Source: a virus
Lineage: Duplodnaviria > Caudoviricetes
DNA: 37,522 bases
Virus record (IMG/VR): IMGVR_UViG_3300022670_000561
Location: 1 to 37,522 of that record
Direction: 5' to 3' (one strand)
Shown here in pieces: positions 25,171 through 33,307 of the stretch. Position numbers and translations under genes: made by a program. Numbering within the stretch: the first letter of the stretch is position 1; each line of letters begins with the position of its first letter. Under the pieces are notes generated by a model. The model was not told the DNA's origin. It saw only the letters and a program-made list of their open reading frames with translations, and searched no databases.

Positions 25171-25419
25171 ATGACAATGAATAAAGAAGATTTATTGGAT
25201 GCAATAAACAATGTGCTTGAGGTGGACTGCGAGCATGATATAGGTATTGAAGCGGCTCAAGCTCTTGTTGAAGCAAGGAAATACATAGTGTTATGTGACT
25301 GCAACGACGATGACAAGCATCAAGTGTCAGATGAGCTTAAGCAAAAGCAAGGCGAGACGTTAAAGGAAATGCTTGAAACGAATAAACACGTAAACAGCAG
25401 CTTTAGAGCTGCGTTCTAG
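25171..25419 (+). CDS. Helical-hairpin array protein
   Basis: MNKEDLLDAINNVL...QALVEARKYI. Confidence 0.6.
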   Translation: MTMNKEDLLDAINNVLEVDCEHDIGIEAAQALVEARKYIVLCDCNDDDKHQVSDELKQKQGETLKEMLETNKHVNSSFRAAF

Positions 25420-25476
25420 GAAGCACGGAGTATAGTTAAATTTAACTATGTTAGCAGCTGAAACGAGGAGTTAGCA

Positions 25477-25764
25477 ATGACAGTTGAAACGATAGCAATG
25501 ATATGGATGATAGGCGGAATAGCTGCTGGCACTATATTGATATTATCAATACTAGGATTTCTCGGTAAAAGGTTCGGTGTTAAAGAGCCGGATGATCTAT
25601 GGCTTGACGATGATGAAGCCTGGGCAGGGTATAATCCCGCGATTGTTGCAAGAAGCAAGGATGAATACAATTATGTGTGGTGTGGTGACGGTAAGCCGTG
25701 GTCGAGTCAAGAATCTGCTGATGAATTTATGGGCGTAAATATGGAGGGTGACTCAGATGACTGA
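25477..25764 (+). CDS. Single-TM protein
   Basis: GAGGAG RBS; N-terminal TM. Confidence 0.6.
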   Translation: MTVETIAMIWMIGGIAAGTILILSILGFLGKRFGVKEPDDLWLDDDEAWAGYNPAIVARSKDEYNYVWCGDGKPWSSQESADEFMGVNMEGDSDD

Positions 25765-25936
25765 GATAATAGTAGCATCAATAATATGTTTAATAATCGG
25801 CGGAATGTTTGGTTATCATTATGCAACGTTGTGTAATTATGAAGATTATGAGCCGAGTCGTAGAGAAATAATAAAGGCGCAAGAGGAAGCGGTTAATCAT
25901 CTGAAAAGAAATGATCTGCAGAGGCTCAACTCATGA
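25748..25936 (+). CDS. Single-TM small protein
   Basis: GGAGG RBS; N-terminal TM. Confidence 0.55.
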   Translation: MTQMTEIIVASIICLIIGGMFGYHYATLCNYEDYEPSRREIIKAQEEAVNHLKRNDLQRLNS

Positions 25937-26154
25937 TTGATATATTACTTATAGTTACGTTGATAGTGATAACGATCTGTACATGCATCTCTACTTACCA
26001 CAACTATCAAGACAAGAAAAGACAGCGGGTAGTTGCAAGGCAATGGCACTCTGAAATTGTTACGGCTGCGAGTGGTAGAAAATACAGGGTTTCAACCGAC
26101 GGGTGTCAAGTTTATATGGATCAAATAGATAGTGTTTCGGAGAATAAGCAATGA
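25933..26154 (+). CDS. Single-TM small protein
   Basis: ATGA overlap; N-terminal TM. Confidence 0.55.
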   Translation: MIDILLIVTLIVITICTCISTYHNYQDKKRQRVVARQWHSEIVTAASGRKYRVSTDGCQVYMDQIDSVSENKQ

Positions 26155-26372
26155 AAAATAGAGTTCAATTACTTGAAGAAATAGATGATTTGTTACATCT
26201 CTACGACAACAGGTTTCATCCTAAATTTGCTGGCTGTCTTAAATCTATACGGGATTTTTTAAATGATGAGGGAAACAGACCGACATTTGCTGTTGAGAAT
26301 CTAACGGACCGTGAAAAACATGACATTGTAAATAGTATAGAAAATAGATTAGGAGAGAGTGATGCAGGATAA
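26151..26372 (+). CDS. Helical-hairpin array protein
   Basis: MKNRVQLLEEIDDLLHLYDNRFH.K.A..L..IRDFL..EGN matches internal repeats of 26359-27486. Confidence 0.65.
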   Translation: MKNRVQLLEEIDDLLHLYDNRFHPKFAGCLKSIRDFLNDEGNRPTFAVENLTDREKHDIVNSIENRLGESDAG

Positions 26373-27486
26373 AGCTCAAATGATTGGAGAGGAAACTTTG
26401 GTTGGCATGTTGCGAAATATGATGGTTGTTTACAAAGATGAGTCGAGACATTCAGGTCTATTAGAGTGTCTTGGATTTGCTGAGGGGTACATAGACAAAG
26501 TCATTATTGAGAGAATTAACAGTCAAAGAGAGAGCGGAAAAATGAAAAGCAGAGATGAAACAATATTAGAGCTTAAATATGTTATTGAATCAGTTAGCGC
26601 TCATCATCCGCATGATTCAAAAGTATCGACATATCTGCGCAGTATCAGAGATTATTTGCACGGCGAAGGAAATGATAGTGAAAGTGAGGCCGAAGCGCTA
26701 AAAACCAAAGCTGAAATTACAAGGGACTTGGACGATGCACTTGTTATGATTGACGCATATCATCCGGCTGATTCAAGAATACGTCAAATAATTTGTAACA
26801 CGCAAAGCTATTTAGCGCAGGAAAATGAAGACGGAGACAAAAGAGAAGAAATGACAATTAAAAAAGAGCAATTGGAATTGCTTGTAGGTGTATATGATAT
26901 GTTGGATTTCTATGATAACAGGATGCATGACAAGCTTGCTGAGTTTCTTAAGCGCGTTCAGAGTTTTTTAGAAACACACGGTAATGAACAAGACGTAGTT
27001 TACTGTGAAGAGCGCATAAAAGAGCACAGGTTAGCCGGTCAAGAAGAATATGAAGTTACTTGCAAATATGAAGTTACTTGCAACAAAGAGGTCAAAGCAG
27101 CGAGTAGAGAAGAGGTAATAAGTGACTTGGGAAAGGCTCAGCTAAGGATTAATGAATTATCGGTATCAAGAGCAATCGTGCAAGCGCGGGAATATTTAGA
27201 GCGTGAGTCAAAAGAACTTAAAGAAAAGGAAGATGAAAAGCTTGCTGAGTATCGCGTATCAGTTGACGCGAGCACATTGAACATGTTCGCGAGAGGCGAG
27301 AGATTCTTTTGTAGGAAGAACCCTAACGTTAAGGATGGGTATGAAACGCAGTTTCAAGTAGGTATAGGTGTTGAAAAAGAAATGCTGATAGATAATCATG
27401 CAGCTAAAGTGTGGGACGAAGATCACGCCAAGGCAATAGTGGACGCAATGAATGTGCACTACAGTACAAAAATAGGCGTAGGTTAG
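26359..27486 (+). CDS. Multi-repeat helical protein (about 5 tandem modules), in frame with TerL
   Basis: Internal repeats HPHDSK/HPADSR, YDNRMH and AIVQAREYLE; AGGAG RBS. Confidence 0.7.
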   Translation: MMQDKAQMIGEETLVGMLRNMMVVYKDESRHSGLLECLGFAEGYIDKVIIERINSQRESGKMKSRDETILELKYVIESVSAHHPHDSKVSTYLRSIRDYLHGEGNDSESEAEALKTKAEITRDLDDALVMIDAYHPADSRIRQIICNTQSYLAQENEDGDKREEMTIKKEQLELLVGVYDMLDFYDNRMHDKLAEFLKRVQSFLETHGNEQDVVYCEERIKEHRLAGQEEYEVTCKYEVTCNKEVKAASREEVISDLGKAQLRINELSVSRAIVQAREYLERESKELKEKEDEKLAEYRVSVDASTLNMFARGERFFCRKNPNVKDGYETQFQVGIGVEKEMLIDNHAAKVWDEDHAKAIVDAMNVHYSTKIGVG

Positions 27487-27573
27487 GTCAACAGCTCAAC
27501 ACTCAAGCGACTGAAGCTCTTAGAAAGTCAAGTAACAGTCGAACAAGTCAAAACGTCAACGGTTGTCGGGGTT

Positions 27574-29142
27574 GTGCACCCCGATGGCCATCATTTACAC
27601 TCAATCAAGAAACAAGGCTCAGGCTGGGGTAGAACTGACGAGCCGTATAGCCTGCTTATACCGCAAAAATGCGAGATTATATTAACGTCAAACAAGCGCT
27701 TCATTGTTCTATACGGTGGCCGTGGCAGTGGTAAGTCGGTGGTTGGTGTTGATATTAGTATCATTGGTGCACGTGATGACCAAGACAAGACGTTCTGTTT
27801 GAGAGAATACTATTCAAGCATCAAAACGTCAATATACAGTCAAATCAAAGACGAGGTAGAGCGTCTAGAGTTTGACGGCTTTGACATCAAGTCAACTTTT
27901 ATACGATTTAATGGTAAAGATGTCTTTGAATTCGGCGGATTGTCAAAGAATGGATCAAACATTCGGTCATCATTTGGTTTTAAACGATTCGTTGTAGAAG
28001 AAAGTCAATTTATAAGCGTTCAATCTATGCTGGATTTGACGCCAACAGCTCGTAAGAAACCGCAAAAAGGATTGCCTGGGGCGGCGCTTGAGGAAGATGA
28101 CGCGCTAAAAGGTGTATCGATACTGTTTATAGCAAACCCAGGTTCAGCAGCTGACCCATTTAGTCAACGCTTCATCGTTCCTTTTCAAGACAAACTAGAT
28201 AAAAACGGCGTGTACGAAGACGATCTACACCTGATTGTCAAGATGAACTACACAGACAATCCATGGTATAAAGACTCAGGTTTAGAAGTTGAACGGCAAT
28301 GGGACTACAAGCATCGATCACGTGCGATGTACGATCACATATGGCTTGCTGCGTTCAATGATAGCGTAGAAGATGCGCTAATCATGAGTGAGTGGTTTGA
28401 CGCATGCATTGACGCACACATCAAGCTAGGCTTCGAGGCTCGGGGCTCTAAGATAGCAGCTCATGACCCGGCTGATAGTGTTGATGACAAGACGCTGGCA
28501 ATAAGACATGGCTCAGTCGTTACACATCTGTATAAAAAATCTGACGGTGATGTAAATGAGGCGTGTGATTGGGCAACTGGCTTGGCAATAAATCACGGTG
28601 TAGATTTGTTTAATTTTGATGGTGATGGCCTTGGCGCTGCTTTGAATCGACAAATAGCTGAAGCTTTTATACTAAAATTAACAGATGTCGCTATGTTTCG
28701 AGGCTCTGAAGAGCCTGACTTTCCGGACGCTATCTACGCATACACTGACAAACATCCGGTGAAAGACCAAAAAACCAACAAAGATGCGTTAAGAAACAAG
28801 AGAGCGCAGTATTATGCCCAGCTCGCCTGGAGTTGTTTTTTGACATATAGAGCGGTCATATTTGGTGATGAATTTGACCCGGATGATTTGATAAGCTTTT
28901 CTTCAGATATGGAACTACTCTCAGAGTTGCGGTCCGAGCTATGCAGAATGCCAAAAAAGCCAAATCGCAACGGTTTCATAGAGCTATATACTAAAGCAGA
29001 AATGAAAGGCCCCAAGTTTAAGTTCAAGAGTCCAAATCTTGGCGATGCTGTCATGATGAGCGGTCGCTGTGTTAACATAGAAGAATTTGACGTGCAATCA
29101 GTTATGCCAAGGGATATAACGACTATGAGGCTAGGTAAGTGA
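27574..29142 (+). CDS. terL: Terminase large subunit (true start uncertain; frame open from 27487)
   Basis: Walker A YGGRGSGKS, CLRE, Walker B FVVEESQ, ANP motif, nuclease AHDPA and SPNLGDAVMM. Confidence 0.93.
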   Translation: MHPDGHHLHSIKKQGSGWGRTDEPYSLLIPQKCEIILTSNKRFIVLYGGRGSGKSVVGVDISIIGARDDQDKTFCLREYYSSIKTSIYSQIKDEVERLEFDGFDIKSTFIRFNGKDVFEFGGLSKNGSNIRSSFGFKRFVVEESQFISVQSMLDLTPTARKKPQKGLPGAALEEDDALKGVSILFIANPGSAADPFSQRFIVPFQDKLDKNGVYEDDLHLIVKMNYTDNPWYKDSGLEVERQWDYKHRSRAMYDHIWLAAFNDSVEDALIMSEWFDACIDAHIKLGFEARGSKIAAHDPADSVDDKTLAIRHGSVVTHLYKKSDGDVNEACDWATGLAINHGVDLFNFDGDGLGAALNRQIAEAFILKLTDVAMFRGSEEPDFPDAIYAYTDKHPVKDQKTNKDALRNKRAQYYAQLAWSCFLTYRAVIFGDEFDPDDLISFSSDMELLSELRSELCRMPKKPNRNGFIELYTKAEMKGPKFKFKSPNLGDAVMMSGRCVNIEEFDVQSVMPRDITTMRLGK

Positions 29143-29378
29143 GTAAGGGCAAAGTTAGAATAATTGAATGGCGCAAATTCGAATTGCCCGACCAATCATA
29201 TTATATTGAAATAGCTGACCCTAAGTGCTGTGAGCCATTATCTCGCACAGAGCGATATAAGCTCAGGCTCGTGTATTTAGCAGAAGAGCTGGCAAGGGCA
29301 TTTCATAAGTTGAAAATTAAATTTTATTTTTTTCTCATTAGAATATTGGATAATCTTATCAAAAGGCTAGATAAATGA
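29139..29378 (+). CDS. Hypothetical protein between TerL and portal
   Basis: GTGA and ATGA overlaps on the two sides. Confidence 0.5.
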   Translation: MSKGKVRIIEWRKFELPDQSYYIEIADPKCCEPLSRTERYKLRLVYLAEELARAFHKLKIKFYFFLIRILDNLIKRLDK

Positions 29379-31450
29379 GCTTTGAAATAGAAGAATTGAA
29401 GGACATGCACGAGCGTGCGCATGTTGCTAATCGAGACAATGCGAAAGAAGCAACCGACGATGCGTACTTTCATCATATCAGTCAATGGGATGCTGACATT
29501 AAGAGCGCGTCATCTCTTCGACTCGAAGCTACATTTGATATTACAAGCAAAGCGGTTAGGAGAATGACAGGCAAGCTTGAAAATGCTCAGGTGAATATTG
29601 ATTTTGAAGTTGAGGACGAAGACAGGCGAGACGGTGCGGATGTTGCTGACGGTATGTATTTGAACGACAATCGTTTGAACTCATCGAAAGAAGCCGTTGA
29701 TAATGCAATATTAGAAATGGTTGTAAGCGGCATGGGTGCATGGGAGGTGTACACGACATACAAGACCAACAGCATGGGTGACAATCATCAAGTCATTCGT
29801 AGACGCCCCATTTTCGAAGCATATAGAACATGTTTAATTGACCCTGACGCGACTCTGCGTGACAAATCTGATGCTGATTTTATGTCAGTAATCACTGGCT
29901 TTACTGAAGATGGTTACAAAAAGGCTGTTAAGGATTTGACAGGCGAGGAGCCAAATATAATTGACTCGTTCTATGAGCCTGAGCGTGATTATAAGTTTCG
30001 GTGGTATTCACGTGGGATTGAAGAAGTCATATACATAACGTCATTTTATCATCGCGAAAAAGTCAAAGACAATATATTAAGGCTCGTAAATCCATACAAT
30101 GAAGAGATGTTAATAAGTGAACACAGTATTGAGTCGGTGATGGATGAATTAGTTGAAGGCGGCTATCAAATTGACTTCGTTAAAGAGATCGAGCGCTGGG
30201 AAGTCATGCGTTACATAGCCACAGGCGAAGACATAATTAAAAGAGAAGCTGTAGCGGGTGAGCATATCCCGATAACCCCGATGTATGGGGAGCGAGGGTA
30301 TATTGACAGGATCGAGACATACCAAGGTTTCATAAGAAAAGCTAAAGACCCTCAGCGACTCCACAACTTTCAGAATTGTTATGTAATGGATGTCGTGTCA
30401 ACATCTCCTGCGGCTAAACCTATGTTTTATCCAGAACAAATAGCCGGGTTAACTGACATGTATCAAGAAAATGGAGCCGATAATCGGTTTCCCTATTATT
30501 TGATAAGAAAAACCACGGCAAAAGGCGAGCAGTTACCTGAGGGGCCTGTCGGTCAAATGCCTGGGCCAATTCTACCTGATGCGATACTTCAGTCAATTGA
30601 GCTATCGCGCCGCTCTGTTGAGGATGTAGCGAGCGTAGGCGTTGAAAAGGATATGCGAGACCCTGATCTTTCGGGCAAGGCGTACGAGGTCATTCAGGTC
30701 AATACAGACGAACAGACTGCCATCTATTTGAACTTTGTGAAATATGCCAAACGTCGTGATGCTGAGATATGGGCATCCATGGCAAGTCAAACGTATGACA
30801 CACCGCGAACTGTCAACATATCAAGAAGGGATGGCTCACGTGATAGCGTCGAGCTAATGAAAACAGTAATTGATGAAGAGACCGGTAATGTTGCTGTATT
30901 AAACGACATTACCAACATTCAATTTGAGGTATATGCTGAAGTAAGTACTAGTTATTCGACTAAACGTGATCAAACGATTGACAGGCTGTCAAATTTACAA
31001 GCAAAAATGGACCCGTCTGATCCTAAGAGTTCTATTTTGACACTGAAAGTGATGGAGTTAATGGACGGTGTTGACCTAGATGACATACGCAAATACGCAC
31101 GCAGAGAGCAAATGATCCAGGGTATAATAGAGCCAGAGTCAGACGAAGAGAAAGAATTCATGCAACAAATGGCAAATAAAGAGCAGGAGCCATCAGCTGA
31201 GATGGTCTACGCACAAGCTGCGCAGATGAAAGAAGAGCGCGAAGCAATCAAAGACCAGGCCAATAATGAGATAGCGAGATTAAAAGAGCAAACATCTACA
31301 TTTAAGGCAATAACTGAACGCGAAAAGGTCAAGATAGCAGCACATGAAGCTGGTGCAGAAATCAACTTCAAGAATCTTAGGGCTACAGGGCAGCAGATTG
31401 ATAATGTATTAAAACTTGGCGGGTCACTGAGGGCGAATGTTAATGGATAA
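29375..31450 (+). CDS. Portal protein, P22 gp1-like
   Basis: 691 aa; QW, SGMGAW, DP.A...DKSDA, GEHIPI.P.YGE and AKDPQRL.N motifs; Gln/Ala-rich C-terminal barrel region. Confidence 0.93.
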   Translation: MSFEIEELKDMHERAHVANRDNAKEATDDAYFHHISQWDADIKSASSLRLEATFDITSKAVRRMTGKLENAQVNIDFEVEDEDRRDGADVADGMYLNDNRLNSSKEAVDNAILEMVVSGMGAWEVYTTYKTNSMGDNHQVIRRRPIFEAYRTCLIDPDATLRDKSDADFMSVITGFTEDGYKKAVKDLTGEEPNIIDSFYEPERDYKFRWYSRGIEEVIYITSFYHREKVKDNILRLVNPYNEEMLISEHSIESVMDELVEGGYQIDFVKEIERWEVMRYIATGEDIIKREAVAGEHIPITPMYGERGYIDRIETYQGFIRKAKDPQRLHNFQNCYVMDVVSTSPAAKPMFYPEQIAGLTDMYQENGADNRFPYYLIRKTTAKGEQLPEGPVGQMPGPILPDAILQSIELSRRSVEDVASVGVEKDMRDPDLSGKAYEVIQVNTDEQTAIYLNFVKYAKRRDAEIWASMASQTYDTPRTVNISRRDGSRDSVELMKTVIDEETGNVAVLNDITNIQFEVYAEVSTSYSTKRDQTIDRLSNLQAKMDPSDPKSSILTLKVMELMDGVDLDDIRKYARREQMIQGIIEPESDEEKEFMQQMANKEQEPSAEMVYAQAAQMKEEREAIKDQANNEIARLKEQTSTFKAITEREKVKIAAHEAGAEINFKNLRATGQQIDNVLKLGGSLRANVNG

Positions 31451-31472
31451 AGAATGGTTAAATAGAAAACCC

Positions 31473-31499
31473 GTTCCGCGTTATTATGAACTGCGGAAC
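31473..31499. terminator. Hairpin after the portal gene (possible terminator or processing site)
   Basis: GTTCCGCGTT...AACTGCGGAAC; a U-rich tail is present only on the minus strand. Confidence 0.4.
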
Positions 31500-31588
31500 A
31501 GACTTAATGGCAATGTTGTACAAATCAGCAACTGGCGTTCACACTCTGTATTTAACAAGTGGCGAGTGATATAAGAGGGCAAACGTAA

Positions 31589-31840
31589 ATGGATAAAGAT
31601 AATAGCGAGTATTACCGTCAATTTGCTGAAGGTATGGCGCGACATACGTCAAATAATTTTAATGCAGAAAATATTGAACTTCTTTTACAAGCGTTCGAAA
31701 CGGAATACGAAAAACACGGCCCGCATAATGAAAGCGGATGTTTGGATATTTCGAAGATAAAATTTAATCATCCGATTTATTCAGATGAAGAGATTGAGTG
31801 TATGCTTGAACAACTTGAAGCAATACAAGGCGGGGAGTGA
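31589..31840 (+). CDS. Hypothetical acidic protein
   Basis: GAGGG RBS; 83 aa. Confidence 0.55.
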   Translation: MDKDNSEYYRQFAEGMARHTSNNFNAENIELLLQAFETEYEKHGPHNESGCLDISKIKFNHPIYSDEEIECMLEQLEAIQGGE

Positions 31841-31846
31841 TATAAT
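31838..31846 (+). promoter_or_regulatory. Extended -10 promoter
   Basis: TGATATAAT (TGnTATAAT); predicted TSS ~31853 at the base of the first stem. Confidence 0.6.
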
Positions 31847-31852
31847 AGCGGG

Positions 31853-32224
31853 ACTAGAGTGATTGAAATATGGCTAGTTTAGACCGGAAAGCATACCTAA
31901 ATTACTCTAGATATAGGAAGAAACAGCGGGTTGATTTTGATGGATTGATCGACAGCTAACCGGCTTAGCGCGCTCTGAAAGTTCTTCTTATCGGCCACGG
32001 TTACGACAGAAACCCAGGCGCTCTGCAACCGGGGCGCCGACACATTATTTCTGGTATAATGCAGGGGATTATAAGAGGTTGACGCAGTTAAGCGAGGCTG
32101 CGCATTTGATGAGAATAGACGCGGTATACGCACTTTGATATACCATATTTTCTTATTCAATTTGGTTAAGTGCAGGCAACTTGAGCACCTCAATCGACGT
32201 AGCAAAGGCTGCTTGCACTTGATC
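31853..32224 (+). ncRNA. Candidate large structured RNA or cluster of small RNAs
   Basis: At least 7 consecutive stem domains with many G-U pairs, including a 15-bp stem 32164-32178/32210-32224; no long + strand ORF. Confidence 0.65.
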
Positions 32225-32234
32225 TTTGATTTGT

Positions 32235-32310
32235 AGCGGGGTAGCTCAGTCTGGTAGAGCATTGGACTCAAAACCATGTGCGCAGGTTCGAATCCTGCCC
32301 TCCCCGGCCA
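32235..32310 (+). tRNA. Aberrant tRNA-like gene (nominal anticodon CAA; possibly a pseudogene)
   Basis: Canonical D-arm (TAGCTCAGTCTGGTAGAGC), T-arm (GCAGG-TTCGAAT-CCTGC) and 3' CCA; anticodon and acceptor stems are imperfect. Confidence 0.7.
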
Positions 32311-32320
32311 GCAATCATAT

Positions 32321-32797
32321 TCACTTGCAAAAATAATGTAACGGCGCGTCAATTATTTTGCCTGAGAACATAACATAACAGCAGTATTCAAAAAAGATCA
32401 CTAATCGCTCAACACCGTAATCATCTTTATCATAAGTTGTATTTATAATCTTCTTATCTAAAGACAGCTCTACATTTCCTCCAAGAAGAAAATGCGGCGC
32501 ATCAGGTTTACGGTTGAGTCTTGCTGTCAGCGTTTCGATACATCGATCATGAATCATGCCTTCTTTAAGTTCCAGCGCGTTTAACGAATCCATACGCATT
32601 CTTGAACTATTATTTATAATTGAATAATCCCTGTCCGGCATTTCTGCACCTGCTGGTATTTCTATGTTTAATTGAGATACATTGTGGTGAGTGGTGAATA
32701 TTAATGGTTTTTCTCTCTTCTCCGCATGAATTCTCACGGTCTGTAGACCGAAGTCATCGTTTTCTACTTTAATGCTGGTGATTAGATCATATGCCAC
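32321..32797 (-). CDS. Hypothetical protein (moron-like, antisense to late genes)
   Basis: GGAGGT RBS before GTG; 158 aa. Confidence 0.65.
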   Translation of the reverse strand: MAYDLITSIKVENDDFGLQTVRIHAEKREKPLIFTTHHNVSQLNIEIPAGAEMPDRDYSIINNSSRMRMDSLNALELKEGMIHDRCIETLTARLNRKPDAPHFLLGGNVELSLDKKIINTTYDKDDYGVERLVIFFEYCCYVMFSGKIIDAPLHYFCK

Positions 32798-33146
32798 GGT
32801 TAACCTCCATTTATTGACTCCTTGTTAATTGCCTAAGCCGCAATTATATCATGTTTCATATTTCAGTTATAGCAACTACCAATACATTCGCTTAAATCCT
32901 TGATTCCATTTCGACCCAAACTAAGCATTATTTTCTTCGCAGTTTGGGTCGACAGCTCACCTGCCCTGTGCTAAGGACGAGATTACTCGACACATACATG
33001 CGACAACATGTATGCATGGAGTTGATTTACCTGGAAAGAGCAATACGATCACGCTGTGACAAATCATAAATACACAAAGAGTGTTTTTACATTATACGTC
33101 CTATATCGACATAACCGTTACCCTTATGTCGAATAAGTCAATCTAT

Positions 33147-33174
33147 TTGACTTATGTCAATATGTGAGTAAAAT
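33147..33174 (+). promoter_or_regulatory. Scaffold/coat operon promoter with overlapping inverted repeats
   Basis: TTGACT-16-TAAAAT; IRs TCGACATAA/TTATGTCGA, ATAAGTCAA/TTGACTTAT and TTGAC-TTAT-GTCAA. Confidence 0.65.
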
Positions 33175-33180
33175 AGTAAA

Positions 33181-33280
33181 TACTGAGGCGACCAGGTAAA
33201 CGCAGCCCTACTCACGGGGTTAATCATGAGTACTACTGAGGTGTACAGGTAAACACGACCTTACTGGCGAGGCGCGCCAG
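33181..33280 (+). promoter_or_regulatory. Structured 5' leader of the scaffold gene with two 32-nt repeat units
   Basis: 33181-33212 and 33234-33265 are 25/32 identical with a compensatory C-G/T-A change; each is followed by a 6-bp hairpin. Confidence 0.7.
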
Positions 33281-33307
33281 GCAATCGTTTTATAAGCGAG
33301 TAAAAAA

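Noticed and set aside
27047-27082. 18-bp tandem duplication (YEVTCK/YEVTCN)
   Set aside because: A simple in-frame slippage duplication with no further structure.
31897-32352. 151-aa minus-strand ORF
   Set aside because: It is antisense to the tRNA-like gene (RAGFEPA...LYQTELP is a typical tRNA shadow translation) and to the structured RNA.
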